Assembly: GCA_051362555.1 (NCBI GenBank)
Contig: CM120642.1
Coordinates: 10,788,001-10,852,000, forward strand
DNA: 64,000 nucleotides
Origin: Lingula anatina
Lineage: Eukaryota; Animalia; Brachiopoda
Reading direction: 5' to 3'
The translations under genes and the position numbers were made by a program. Below are positions 11,632 through 24,677 of the stretch, in pieces. The notes beneath the pieces are model-generated. The model saw only the letters and a program-made list of their open reading frames with translations. It did not search any database and was not told the DNA's origin. Within the stretch, counting starts at the first letter, position 1. Each line of letters begins with the position of its first letter.

Positions 11632-13041
11632 CTATGAATACCGCTGTATATTGCAAAGTTGCATGTCATCCACATAGTTGTTCACCGCGCCCTGAGCTAT
11701 GGGACTGTTAACATCCCCTTCAGCAATCCTTGTCATTAACTCCCTCACGCCTGTAATTTCAAAGACGAAGCTCTCTACGTCGTCAATGTGTGCACCCACG
11801 TGCAGCGTGTCCGAATCTCGTACTATTAGGGACACCGGATAGATATAAGACAGCGCTATGACAGGACTGGGGGGCCGCGACCTTGACATAAAGTTAGGGT
11901 GCACCTTTATCGGTGTACTAACGTACACCACTTTCTGTTTTTCTATATTATATACCACCAAATGGGCGTAGTATAGATCATATACTTTATATGGTGAGTT
12001 GCATACCGACGTCGTGTGGCCCACGGATATTGCGTACGGCCACTGGTACTCTTCGAATGGTGTTCCTCCACGAATACCCGGCAGGCCAGCATGATGTATT
12101 CGGTTAGCTGCATTACTGAAGTTTCTCTCTCCATTGCCAGGTTTGAATTGACAAAGGCCCGTGTGGCTGCATTCTGTTATCAGCAATGGATCAAGTGAAT
12201 AGATAAAAGAAAGTCGATTAGAAAAACTTAGAAGAGACCAGTTTTTCTCCCAGCACGGCGTTGGCATGTCACGGATGGTTATTGGCACCGAGTTGTCTTT
12301 CTCCACGCTGTATATATACTGTCTGATGACGATCATTTTGTTGTCTCTGCAGACAGCAGAGGCCCCCTCAACTCTGTTGTACAACACCATTGTTTTATTC
12401 TGAACAGTAAAAGCCCTTGGGTCCGCTGGACCGCCATACTGTATCCCTGCATCCATTACAATGGGTGACGGGATATTTACCAGACGACCCTCGGATACAG
12501 GTTCGTATTTGGAGCCTAACGTCTGTATATAGAGGTAGTTTTTCAAAATTCTACTTTGGTGTAGTTTTGGAGACGGTGAAACGTTGACACGGAGAGCCAA
12601 AAAGATGTTCCCGTCCGGGAGGATGGTCATACCTGGGGACATGAGACGGACAGCTTGAAAAAAATTCTTGTCAAATTTTGACTTCACTAAGTCTTGAGGA
12701 AACGTGTGTACAATAGAGGTCGAAATCAACGCCGTGGTATCTACATAGCCATATTGACCTGTAAAGATTCTCCCCTTTAAATTATATTTAAACGTATACA
12801 TTCTTTTCAGAGATGTCCAGTGGAGTCGCCTGTTGCCCCTTATTGAGCTCTGAACACGTGCAGAGTGGTTGGCAGAATGTCCTGTTTGCACTGAAGGCGG
12901 TACTCGTCCAGCGTTGTCTTTTTTACTTGACTGGAGGCAGTTTATGTTTATGGAACTACGCATAGTCATATAAGTCAACAGAAATCCTGTGAGAATGAAC
13001 AAAATGCGCCAGGGGACATGGTTGTGGCAGTTTTTGGTCAT
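11632..13041 (-). CDS. Type II membrane putative glycosyltransferase/phosphorylase-like protein (beta-1,2-mannosyltransferase GT91 / GH130-like beta-propeller), 469 aa
   Basis: Short N-terminal tail, TM anchor ILFILTGFLLTYMTM and a stem region, then motifs GPADPR (cf. GPEDPR), WEKNW, IYSLDPL and RGGTP. No intron in the CDS. Splice acceptor tttcgtttcag at 13102 suggests a 5'-UTR intron. Confidence 0.7.
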   Translation of the reverse strand: MTKNCHNHVPWRILFILTGFLLTYMTMRSSININCLQSSKKDNAGRVPPSVQTGHSANHSARVQSSIRGNRRLHWTSLKRMYTFKYNLKGRIFTGQYGYVDTTALISTSIVHTFPQDLVKSKFDKNFFQAVRLMSPGMTILPDGNIFLALRVNVSPSPKLHQSRILKNYLYIQTLGSKYEPVSEGRLVNIPSPIVMDAGIQYGGPADPRAFTVQNKTMVLYNRVEGASAVCRDNKMIVIRQYIYSVEKDNSVPITIRDMPTPCWEKNWSLLSFSNRLSFIYSLDPLLITECSHTGLCQFKPGNGERNFSNAANRIHHAGLPGIRGGTPFEEYQWPYAISVGHTTSVCNSPYKVYDLYYAHLVVYNIEKQKVVYVSTPIKVHPNFMSRSRPPSPVIALSYIYPVSLIVRDSDTLHVGAHIDDVESFVFEITGVRELMTRIAEGDVNSPIAQGAVNNYVDDMQLCNIQRYS

Positions 13042-16000
13042 TATTTAGTCCTTTGTTTCGTAGTTGTGGCTTGACACACGTCGTTTGGTCTACAGTGTAA
13101 GCTGAAACGAAAGAAATTCATTGTAACATTTCATGTATATCATATTGAACTACATGTACGTGTATGACTGTAAATAACGGAAATAACTCGTGTTTATTAT
13201 CATCATTTTAGCCTGTTGAGCACCTATCCACGCAAGGATCTTTACGTGGAGAATTGGTATCTACGCCGCAAAGTGTGCCTTTTTGAATTTGAATAAATAT
13301 TAGAATAAAAATAAAAAGGGTGGATAAAAGATTAAAATTTAGAAAAACGGTGAGGGGATTTTCATCGGAGACTGTAAAAGAGACAAGTGGAAGACGGTCG
13401 TATAGGCATCACACTAATTCACCGGGAGTCTGGATAGAGTGGATGAAGCGATTAGCAGAATGTTGCCCTTTCTTAAATAACGTATAACAATACCCGGGTT
13501 ATAAATCATTCAGTGGACAGAAGGTCACAACTACTATACCAGCTAAATGCGTCCATATATCTCTACGAAATTTTTATGTTAGATGTAAGAATATCCACAT
13601 CACTCTAATTGAAATTCAAACAATTAAAATATTCATCAATTCGAGTTACCGATACCTACAAATTTAAAAACGCTGGTCTAGCACCAATAGGTATCAATTG
13701 GGAAGGACATGGAATATTAAGGGAGAAGCTTAACAATATTATTTAGTTGAAAAGGTGCAATTTGGCGCACTCCGGTATAGATGAATCATCCATCTGCAGC
13801 TTCAAAGGAGTTTTTTATGCATCGTCAGCGGTTTGAAATTTTGATTTGATTTTTTCAAATAGCTAAAGCCCGAGGGTACCCTAAACCCGTCTTTGTCAGT
13901 CATAAATCGGCCCGTTTTGAATTCCACGCAAGGCCATACCAAAGAGTGTCCTTAATACTGAAATGGCTCTTCTCCTATTTCTAATGCATCGGTATCTATC
14001 TTGACTAACTGCTCTTGAAGAGGCCAAATTATCCCAAGTCAGTGACAGGAACGTTGAACTTTTCAAAGTTGGATCAGTTACAAACGTTGTACGGGTGATG
14101 TACTTTAAAGAACATTGTCATGGAAAGTAGAATGATTTTTTATCAAAAGATTTCTTGATGGGAATAATTACTTGATTTGTGGTTGATAATATATATTGCA
14201 TCGTTTCACCGACATCCTATGCCGGTTTGATACGGAGAGACATTTCAGTATTATTACTGAACACAAATATTTAATTATATAACTCCAAGCGCACATATAA
14301 GTTCCGAGACCTTGTCTCCACACAAACTAGACAACTCTTCTCGTATTTTAAAACTGTTATATCTGTATTTTGCGATAGACAGTAAACATCTTTTATAAAA
14401 GGCAGAAACGATGACTCACTTTGTGGGGTTAAGAACATTAGCACCGGTGTACAATGTAGTAATAAAATGTAACTTTACGCAGCAAAAGAAGTCGTGCCTC
14501 CTTCTCCGCTTGAGTTGTTCAATTACTGTGATATAGGCCAATGATCCGATGTGCACTAGGGTATTCCTTCGGTACACTGGGGAAATTGAATAGTATTGCA
14601 AATGACGCTTTAATTTAAGCAACAAGATGATAATTTAAGTCTGTTAATATGTTTCAGAGGTAAACATAAAAAATAAATTTTATTAATTAAATATGCACAT
14701 TATGCTAAGAAATTTTTTATCCTTTACTTCTCAATAAATCTCTATTTGACAAGACAGGTGACAGGCAGGGCCTCGAAAGGTGTTTAAGGAAACAAAGCCA
14801 GTTGCTTTAACAATTTTATTTGTTAAAACAAAACGTGTTCTAACTGACTATCGACATGCAACCGAAGTGACTCTGTGCCTGTTTCTCATTTAAAAACTAA
14901 TCACTGATCAGGACGAAACTGTGGAAAATGTCACATCCGTTATTCAACGAGTTTTAAACTATCACGAGGTCCGAGTGGTTTCTTTTTAGCCCAAAATAAG
15001 CATGTCACAATGCAGTGTGGTTATAATCTTAAAGCGGATGTTAATATGACTTTGAGCGGTCCTGGTCGATCAGTTCCTCTCTAAAAATCACTTTCCACTG
15101 AGACATTTTTAATATCATTGACGGTCCATTGTGACGATAGGCATCGTTTAAAACGCTGCATTATAACTTTAAAGTTAAAAATAAACCGCTTAGCTACCCT
15201 AGAGCATGATGATTTATAATCAGATCACGCCTACAAAATTTAGGCGTTCCTTTAACCGAGTGTCACTTGTCAGCTGGGAAAGTGGAGCTAGAGATGTACA
15301 AAGAATTTGATAAACAGGTCGGCTAGGTGCCCCCGACGCGTTCTTCCTACCTCATCCAAGCTAGTCTCTTATTTCTCCATTTCACCTTTACTGCTAATCA
15401 GCAGTATATTAGAGGCAGATAGGGTTCGTCCTCGATTTAACAACAGAACAAGCAAAAATGGACAAAATTACGTCCAAGAAGCAAATATCTGATACGAAGT
15501 CATAACCATGATAATTTCATGTTATTTCTTTGTGGTCCCCCCTTCAACAAACAGTATTTAAATCAATTAGATACTAGAAGTTCCCTGCAGAAGTTGGTCT
15601 CATTATCAAATCAATTACAATCACTGGTGACGAGTTTTCCATCCACACCGGGTGGGATCTAGCTTTATATCTGAATGCGCCCTTTGTGTATAGAAAAGAC
15701 CCATAGCGCCTACCTTCACGTTGATGTACCGGTGTCTAGTGGGAATTTCTCCACTTGGTCAATAAACGGGGGTTCTGTGTTCACCCATCCTGACTCTTCA
15801 CCGCAAAACACATTTATAATATATAGAGTGATGGATTGCAAATGAAAAACTGACACCTGATATATTGCCTTATATAATGGCAGGGCGAGATCTCGTAACT
15901 GATAAGAATACAACTCGTCTGACTGCAGTCTGTCCTCAGGATTTGGTTGATTTTGCCGAGGTATTTCAGCGTCATTTCATCATAATCTTGATAGTGTCAA

Positions 16001-17518
16001 ATTTACGCCATCACAACCAGTGGTAGTCACCCTGCTCATGTACAAGAATGTATATAAGCCACTGAACCAATTACAGGGTACTACACCGTCGGAGCATACT
16101 TTTTCTCCTTTTGTGTTGGCTTACAGCCAAAATTGACGGAAGCATCTGATACTTGATGAGGGACATTAACCAAGAATTCACCGCTAGCTCGAAGTCGGTG
16201 GACGCCGTAGCTTAAAATGCATACCTATTAGCTGAGATTGCCAACCTGTGTATTTTAGAGCTATACGTATCATGTTTGGTAGATTATGTTTTTGAGACAC
16301 AGAATCTTTGATAAGCTCCTGGTATTAAGTTTTTTGTATCACTCAGGTTTTACCTTTAAGGCAATGAACCGCCTCAGGTGTAACACGCACTGACTTGTAT
16401 GTCACTTTTCAATACAACCGGTGCCTACTACTCGCAGTATATTATTATTATTATTTGGTCGTTTAAATGCGGACAACTGCAAATAATTTACTGGTGGCTT
16501 ATTGTGAAGACGAATACCATAGGTTTATGTATAGAGGGCTCCCAACATTACAGTATACAAATTTATATTGATTAATAATAAGTTAATCAATGACAGAAAA
16601 AAAACTTAAACAATGGGAATCTAACGTATTACGCGTATTCATAACGTATACAGAGCATGCACTTTTAATATTTCAGTATCTTCATCATCTTCATCTTAGG
16701 GAGAGAGAAAATTTGTCTAAGCAGATCTTAAAACTCAGTGAGTTAAGGAAGATATTGAACATCTAAGACCTATTGCAGATTAGACTTTAGAAAATTCACG
16801 AAATGTCGTAGTGGCATTAATAAAAGCAAATATCAATGACACTTTCCTTATTGCATTGACACATGGTCTACTGTCCCCTTTTACAGTCTACTGTTTTCTT
16901 AAATATCAGAAACTTACTACCATTGAAGATGGAGAGAAATGACCCGAAGAACTGACAAATATTCAAAGAAGTTGCAATTAAAAAGAGATTGAACTGCACT
17001 TACTAGTTGTTGGCCTCTCTTAGTAGACGTCTATAAGATCAGTGTAAGTGTCTCCAGTTATACGATAATATCAAACCACCACATTCGAAGGCGTTTAAAT
17101 TACCACTTGCATTGCGATTAATGTCGAAGATAAGGTCCCTTCAGCCAGCGCCCGGGGCGATAGTGTCAATTTTGACACTAACGGCGATTGCGACTTTAAT
17201 GACAGTTGTAGGCGTCGCGGTCGGCCACATTTGAGGTGGATCGTTTCCTATATTAGCCATGCGTTCGGGCTGCCCGCCCCTGTTCCTATATAGGTAACAC
17301 GTAAGCTGTCAAAGTAGTTAAAGTACCTGTATAACCCGGTACAATGCAGATCACGAAGCCTTTAAATATAAAATATATTAATCAATGTCAAGTTGCAGGT
17401 TTCCTGGTAACCTGGTCTTTTTGAGAAATGACAAATTCAAGCTTCAAACCAGAATAATATATGCTTAAGAATGAAAACTGATATTTACTGCGTTATGGAC
17501 ATGTGGACAGTGTATAAG

Positions 17519-17837
17519 GACGCGTTCCCAATGAAACTATTGTTCTACGTAGATCGATCAATTCTGCGGGGACTCTTGCTGAATGCAATCAGTTTAAGTA
17601 AATGGCACGCCTCCCAGAGCAGCTAGGAGGTGATTAACTTTAGTGTGAGTTCGGTCGAACTCAAAACGAAGTGAAAAAGCTTCCAGAAGTCTTTCGCCCT
17701 CGATAGTTAATCACCTGCAAGCTGCTCGAGCAAGCTTGTCATTCAGTTAATATGACTACAATTAGTGAAAGTCCACGAGAAGTTAAATCGATCTCCGGGA
17801 TTCGGCTACTGTTTTTCTCGTAAAAATTTGGGATCCA
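17519..17837. mobile_element. Degenerate fold-back (hairpin) element, possibly related to the 30.5/59 kb MITEs
   Basis: Imperfect arms GAGCAGCTAGGAGGTGATTAACT ... AGTTAATCACCTGCAAGCTGCTC. Shares GGCACGCCT and ATTAACT words with the other fold-back copies. Boundaries are approximate. Confidence 0.4.
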
Positions 17838-19906
17838 TGGATGCAATTCCTAAATTGAAGAAAGACACTCAACTTCCAAGAGGCGTATCATTTTACATCA
17901 GGCCGAAAATACATCTGTATCGAAAGCTTAATTTCCGATGGTGAGCGAGTCCGAAAACTTAGGGTTCTAGTCAAACAACTAACACACGTTTGATTAACAC
18001 AACAAAAAGAATATTGACCCTAAAATAATCGACTGGTTAATATTTATAAGCAATGAGTATCCTAAATGTCAGTTGGAAAATTCAGTGCAGGTTACGACAT
18101 ATGGAGTCTTTGGTGTCGGTTTCTACTGCGTCGCCTATTTATACAGACGCTATACTTATATTTTCATTTGTTATTCGTAATTCTTTATATATGCTATATC
18201 CTCGTAACATTTAAAAAGTCACGCCAGTATATATTTTCGGCCATAAGTGTTCACGTATTACGTACACAATCTTACAAGATGAGAGCTATTTGACAGAAAT
18301 ATTCACAGTGTTACTTCTTTTTTTTTACAATATTTGGGCTTTATCTGCAGATTCTGACTTACGCCCGTTTTGCTTTGGCAATCAAAACAATTTGTTGTCA
18401 TGCAATTTGTTAATGTTTGGACTTTATGCGTATTTATTGGCTTAATTGCATTGCAACTTTTAAATGTTTCCTTAAATAGTTCTTTTCTAAGTTGAAAGTC
18501 ACCACCTGAAATCCAGGTCGTCAAGTCCGATAACATGACGTCACGCGAAATGGGATTTCAAGTTGATTCTCATCCCCTTCTGGCGTGACCTCCAGCTGAA
18601 GGCGACAATTCACCAAAAAGTTCTCAACAATCAAGGTGTTTTTATGAACACAGGCACGCAAAGAAGCGACCAAGTTAATTAATAAGATAACTGTAATTTT
18701 CACTGATAAACGCCAGATAAGGTAAGTCACGAGAAGATGACTGGCTTTGCCATAACCTCGTCATAGTCATGACGTCAGTAAGGGTGTCTGGAGGTGTAAG
18801 ATGTTAGACTCCCATAATTAAAAAGAAGTAGAGTATAGCTTAAATGAATACATAATAACATTGGTTGTTATGTTATCATCACAAGGTGAGGTGTATTAAT
18901 AAAATATGTATTCAGACACGTAAAGATATTTATCAAGCAACTACAGGTATCAAAACTGCACTTTATAACTCGTAGCCTACACATCCGTGTTACATGTACT
19001 AGTACAAGACATGATGACTCCAGATGAAGTATTCTGATGCACGTGCATAAAAGCAATAAACTTATCATAACTGTACTCTTAATTTCCTTTTGATATTTCT
19101 GTCTGATAGATTTTTCTTTAATTCCATACATGCAATAGTCGACACTATTGCATCCATATTAAGATTGAAAAATTGTTAGGTATCCATGTTAGTTTTGTTG
19201 CTATGGTGATTTGAACTTTGGATTCAATCAATATAGACCCCATGGGAAATTTTTGTTTTTGGATATTATGTCAATTTTCTTCACAGATGAAGTACGCCCA
19301 TAGTCCATATCTCCTACACATGGTCCTCAGTACCCTTGGCAGACATAGATTAGAAAAAAATTATAAGTACCCATGCAAATTTTGTTTTAAAAGCACCAAT
19401 ATTAAAAGCAGTACTGAAACACTTTGTTTTCTGGTTTTAAATGGGGAAGTTTGCTCTCACACATGTGTGTGCGTGGGAACGTGCATAATAATCAACGCCG
19501 TTCCGTTTGTTTGAAACCCACTGCATACAATTAAATGCATCAACGTGGCAATGGGCTGCTATATTGAAGCATATTTGGCCTTTTTCCTGTTAGATTGGTG
19601 TATATGCATTCAGACTTGGCTAAATACAACAATATATTATTTAAAAATGCGCGCAATTTAAAAAGTATGAGGATGTAAGGAGACGGTTTTTGTTTGAAAG
19701 AGCATAATTGCTGGGAACGATTATCTGTGAATAATCACCAAGATAAAAGACAGTATTTTGAATATGGTGATCTATTGTCCTAGTCGGCACGCAACTACCT
19801 GGTGGTCAGTGCTAATAACGGTTTTTATCAGGAAATAACTTTGACCAACCGTTACACTTACTGTAATATATGCAGATCGCGCGTCATGAAACTGAAAAGT
19901 TTTTGC

Positions 19907-19912
19907 TATAAA
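19907..19912 (+). promoter_or_regulatory. TATA box of gene 6
   Basis: TATAAAA about 70 bp upstream of the ATG at 19981. Confidence 0.55.
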
Positions 19913-19980
19913 ATGGAAAAGTGCTGAAATTTGCCTTCACTCCCACGGTGGCTACACGGGCCTAAGATACAGCTTTAACA

Positions 19981-20981
19981 ATGAGGGGAGGCGGGGAAAA
20001 GGTGATGATTCTGGCAGTATTTGCTACAGTCATCGGGGCAGGGTTGTGTTATGTCCCGTACGGCGGCGGCTACGGTGGTTACGGCGGTGGCTACGGTGGT
20101 TACGGCGGCTATGGCGGGTACGGTGGTTACGGCGGCTACGGTGGCTACGGCGGCTACGGCGGTGGCTATGGTGGTTACGGCGGAGGTTACGGTGCCGTCC
20201 CTTATGTCGGCGGCTACGGCGGCTACGGTGGCTACGGCGGTGGAATATACAACGGCGGCTATGGGCAGCAAGGTGTCGGCTACGGAGGTTACGGGAATGC
20301 AGCTCAAGGCCGTGGTGTCGCTCAAGGCTACGGACAATACGGTAACGCACAGAACCTTGCAAAATACGGCGGCTACGGAGGCGCAGCACAGGGCTTAAAT
20401 AAAGCGTACAACGGTTATGGGCAGGAAAAGGCTGGCTTTGGGAACCAAGCAGCTACTGGTTACAACAAGTACTCAGCAGTGAGCAAGACATTTAATGCTG
20501 TGGAAAAGGTGAGTTGGCGTACCCAAGTAGATTTAAAATTAGATATCTGTAATGCTTTCTGTATTTTCTATACAATATCATCATCTCAGTTTTCGATATA
20601 GGCCTATATTAAACTGGATAACCTACATGTGGATTGTACCGTTTCATTCAATTAAAAAAACAATATTTGCAAATAATTAGCCACTGTTTTAATATTAGGC
20701 ATTAAAATACATATTCTCTTTTATTTCAATCCGAGTAGGAAGGCAAATTCGGCAACTACGACAATTCTGGTGCCTATGGTGCTCTCGGCAACCAGAGTGG
20801 CTATGGGGCCCAGGCCAACAAGGCCCAGTACGGTCAGGGATACGGCCAGAATTACGGTAGCCAAAACCAGGGCTACGGCCAGCAATATGGTGTAGCTCAA
20901 GGACAGTATGGCGCTACTCAAGGGGGCGTCGGTGCTGGCTATGGTGGTGGAATAGGCAGCGTTGGAGGATTGTATGGCTAG
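19981..20981 (+). CDS. Secreted GGY-rich protein with AVSKT core (256 aa; coding exons 19981-20508 and 20739-20981), cluster gene 6
   Basis: Signal peptide, (GGY)n arm and core ...GYNKYSAVSKTFNAVEK, then a phase-0 intron (AAG|GTGAGT 20509 ... TAG 20738). Exon 2 reads EGKFGNYDNSGAYGALGNQSGYG...GGLYG* and aligns without gaps to the paralogues. Confidence 0.9.
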
Positions 20982-23948
20982 AGGTTAGTTTGCATTAAGT
21001 TGCGTGGGTCTTTCATTTGTGCATCTTACTGTCCATGTGTGTGTAAAATAAAATTATGTTCTCATCTTTATGACACTTTTAATATCTTAAATAGTGTTTA
21101 AATCGTGAAATACAAAAAAACCAAAAACAAATATTTTAGACTGTGAAATGCAGTATATATAGTATGGGTTTTGACTGGCTGAGATTTGAACTCCCCCTTG
21201 CACACAGTGCGTGTCGACTGAAAGATGGTTATCAATACCAGTGGTCGCAGTGTACTGTATGATTAACTGTAGTCACAGGTAGACCCTGGTGGACTTGTAT
21301 GCAAATTAATAGATCTCTAATTATATTCATCATAGTCGGCACGTTAAAATCCCATGTACAACCCTATTCATCGACGATTAGTCGGCTTTAATATCTTTAG
21401 TTTCAGTGCGATATTAATGGTTTAACCTGTTAATTCTTCAGTGTTGCAGATCGCCCATAGGATTCAGAAGGAGTATTTTTCCCCGGTTCCCTCTACGGTC
21501 AACACTAGAAGACAAACGACCCCGCGCAGCGCATGTGCATGAAAATGTCCGCAGTCAGCACCGACTCCCGTATCTCCATTTGTCTGACGTACATTTGTGT
21601 CCTTCTCCATCGTCATCGACCTTGACCGCACGTGAGGTTGAGCCCACGTTTAATCTCCCTGGTGTCCAAGGAGGTCCGTAAGTGGCAAGTCAGCACGTCG
21701 TCCAGCCACTTCATGTGACGTCGAAAATTATCCAATAACCATTTTTTGTGGCGTCATTGGTATCGATATGTGAGAACATTAAAGACTTGATTTGACGCTG
21801 CACTCATCTTTGATTACTGTGAAAAAGGATCATTGATTGCTCAAGAAATAAGCCTCGAAAGATATTGTCGTCACTTGTTCATTTCTTATCAATGGCGTTA
21901 ACTATAAAGCTTTAATTTAATAAGTATCATTTGATATATGAAATATAGCCAAAGCATACGTTTCTAATAAACTATTTATGATAAATGCCTTGCGTTTTCT
22001 TGTTGTACAAACCAGACATTTTTATGTTAAAACCAGAAAAAAATAATGGGTCAGCAGTTGTATATTTCGTGACCAAATAATGTTTAAATTCAAGTTTCCA
22101 CATCCTTTACTTTGCAAAACATTACGACAGAGTCAACAGACTATTGTATGAATTGTATAAATATGTCCCACACGGGACGAAGAGGAATGATGATGATGAT
22201 GATGATAAATATTTAATCTCGAAATTATAAAATTATCTTAGTAATCTTTCGGGACTTTGATGTTGATGATGCACAATATATGCTGTATGTCATCTGAGAG
22301 GGGCACTCTGGAACATAATGAATTCTCAGTTTCCTTCTGATGAGGAGAAATACAAAACGAATGCATATCCACTCAGGTCAGTAATAGAAAAGCCCGTTTC
22401 TTGTGTAGAAAAATAAAAACTCTTTAATGTTACAAATAAATGGAGTCAAATATGACATTGATTGTTGAAAGAATCAATCTTTTTTCTGCAAAGCCCTGAA
22501 ATGGCTTAATAATTTTTAAAAATGAACCCGGAAAAGCAAGGACAATGCATATATTCCTTTATATTTCTCAGTTATATCTGACCAAATATCAATTTTCAAG
22601 TGGCTGCTGAAGATAGCTTTAATTGTCTCATTAATATTTATATACGTTTAAAATGTACTAGTATAATGAATTATTCAGCAGATCTTAAATAACTGTTTTT
22701 ACTGCACATAATTTTACCCCGACCTCCCTCCGGACAGGTCAGGTTTATTAAAGTGTGAAGGAAAAAGCCTGTAATCAACGCATATGTGCATCGTCTTATT
22801 AAAGGGTCAGTCTGCAAATTTCCGCGTGTCGCACTGACCAATCAAATTGCATTTTGTTAGGACAGGGCAAACACGGTTTTGTAAGCCCGTTTGTTTTTCT
22901 TTTGTGAATATGAGAAAAAGCTTAAACTTCTCAACGACGACTCCTGTTTTTGTCGTAATTGGTTGCTAAACACAATGAAAACAAGACAAATTCGGTATAC
23001 AATAAATATATTTGATTATTATTGACAAAATCATACTTAACAACATAAGGAACGATATAACTGTGTTTTCTAGAGAATTTCAGCAATCTATGCCAAAGAA
23101 ATCAAGCTACATTTGTCATATAACTTAAGTGGACCACGCATCGCGTGCGCCACTCCCCGGACATGGTTTTAACAGGGCTTTTAACTAAAAGAAATTACAT
23201 ATTAAACAACGCAAACACCAAAATCGTACAAAACAAACAAGCAAAATGATTGTGATTCGTCGGAGTCAAGAATAGATGCGGCTGCAAGTTCAACTTCGGA
23301 TCAATTTCGAAGTTCCGTATTTTGAATTAGAGATTGGGAGTCGGTGCTCTGGACATGTGCGCTGTGCGGACGGGAGACTTCTAGTTTTGACATCCGGGAA
23401 CTTGCGGCGCTGTATTCATTGGCCTTCTGTGGACACTAAAACGAAACAGCGGGACAAGAATCATTTCAAGTTGAAATACGAACGACATAAGTGTAAAGAA
23501 AAGAGCAAACAGTAAACTAAGTATTTTGAAAATTTACAGCAGAGAAAATAAGTGTTGAATATATTTGTTTTGTAATTTGATAATCTATCGATTTAGATTG
23601 TCTTGTCTGATGAGAATTGTTAAAAGATTAATTACAGTAAGGCTTTCATTCAGGCGCTGCGAGATGCAAAATATTGAACAACTGAAATAAGATTTTTCCT
23701 TGAATAAAACAAATACTGTAAGTGTTCTAATAAAAGCATTTTTAGTAACCAAAACTCGGAGCCACATTTGCCATCTAGAAAAAATATTTCAGGTCGGTGT
23801 TTCAATTTTTTGTCAACTTAAGATATTTAAAACACAATGTATTAAGATCATATTCGTGTATCACAAATAACCTACCTAACATTAATAAAAAATCGCTTGT
23901 ATATATACAAATATCAATAGAAATTTCCACAATACGCCATTACTCACT

Positions 23949-24677
23949 TCAACCGACGTAGCCGGTGCCAAAGCCTGCCCCTGTTCCAAAACCCCGCCCA
24001 GCTCCTGCATATTGTCCTTGTGCCACGCCGTAGCCGACACCCTGGTTCCCATAGTCCTGACCGTACCCCTGGCCGTAGCCTTGCTGGTACTGTCCTTGAG
24101 TGGCCTTGTTTCCGTAGCCAGATTGGTTACCCTGAGCGCCATAGTTGCCGTTGGCGCCGTAATTTCCGAACGAGTCTACTTTATTGACGGCGTTGTACGT
24201 CTTGCTGACAGCGCTATACTTGTTGTAACCCTGATTTGCGCCCTCCCTCAAGGCTCCGTAATTCTGGCCATAGCCGTTATAGGCTTTATTAGCGCCCTCG
24301 CCGAAACCTCCGTATCCTCCGTAGTTGCCATAGCCTTGGTTCTGTCCGTAGGCGCCGTTATTGGTATAGACGCCCCTCCCTGCGTCGTACCCAACCGCCC
24401 CGCCGACCGCCCCGGTACCGCCGACCGCCCCGGCACCGTAAATACCCCCATAGTAGGGAGCATTGTAGTATCCCGGATACCCTCCGTAGCCATAGCCGCC
24501 ATACCCTCCATAGCCGTAGCCAGGGGGATAGTAACCCCCGTAACCATAACCATAACCAGGGCTGCCGTAACCGTATCCTCTGTAGGGCAACACACTGTAC
24601 TGCTGTGAATGAGCGCTGCCCAGGAGAAATACTAGTAATGTTGCTGCTACGCAAAAAATCCCTGAGTTGGCGGCCAT
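23949..24677 (-). CDS. Secreted Gly/Tyr-rich protein with AVSKT core (242 aa), cluster gene 7
   Basis: ATG at 24677 (MAANSGIFCVAATLLVFLLGSAHS|QQ). Core GYNKYSAVSKTYNAVNK. TATAAA at 24765-24770. Confidence 0.9.
   Translation of the reverse strand: MAANSGIFCVAATLLVFLLGSAHSQQYSVLPYRGYGYGSPGYGYGYGGYYPPGYGYGGYGGYGYGGYPGYYNAPYYGGIYGAGAVGGTGAVGGAVGYDAGRGVYTNNGAYGQNQGYGNYGGYGGFGEGANKAYNGYGQNYGALREGANQGYNKYSAVSKTYNAVNKVDSFGNYGANGNYGAQGNQSGYGNKATQGQYQQGYGQGYGQDYGNQGVGYGVAQGQYAGAGRGFGTGAGFGTGYVG

Noticed and set aside
20509-20601. C-terminal tail VSWRTQVDL... of the 206-aa ORF
   Set aside because: Read-through into an intron. The spliced exon 2 restores family homology.
21165-21260. B-box-like GTTCAAATC (minus strand), and an A-box-like TGGCCGAATGG at ~48326
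   Set aside because: No cloverleaf can be built. At most these are decayed SINE heads, which is insufficient to call.
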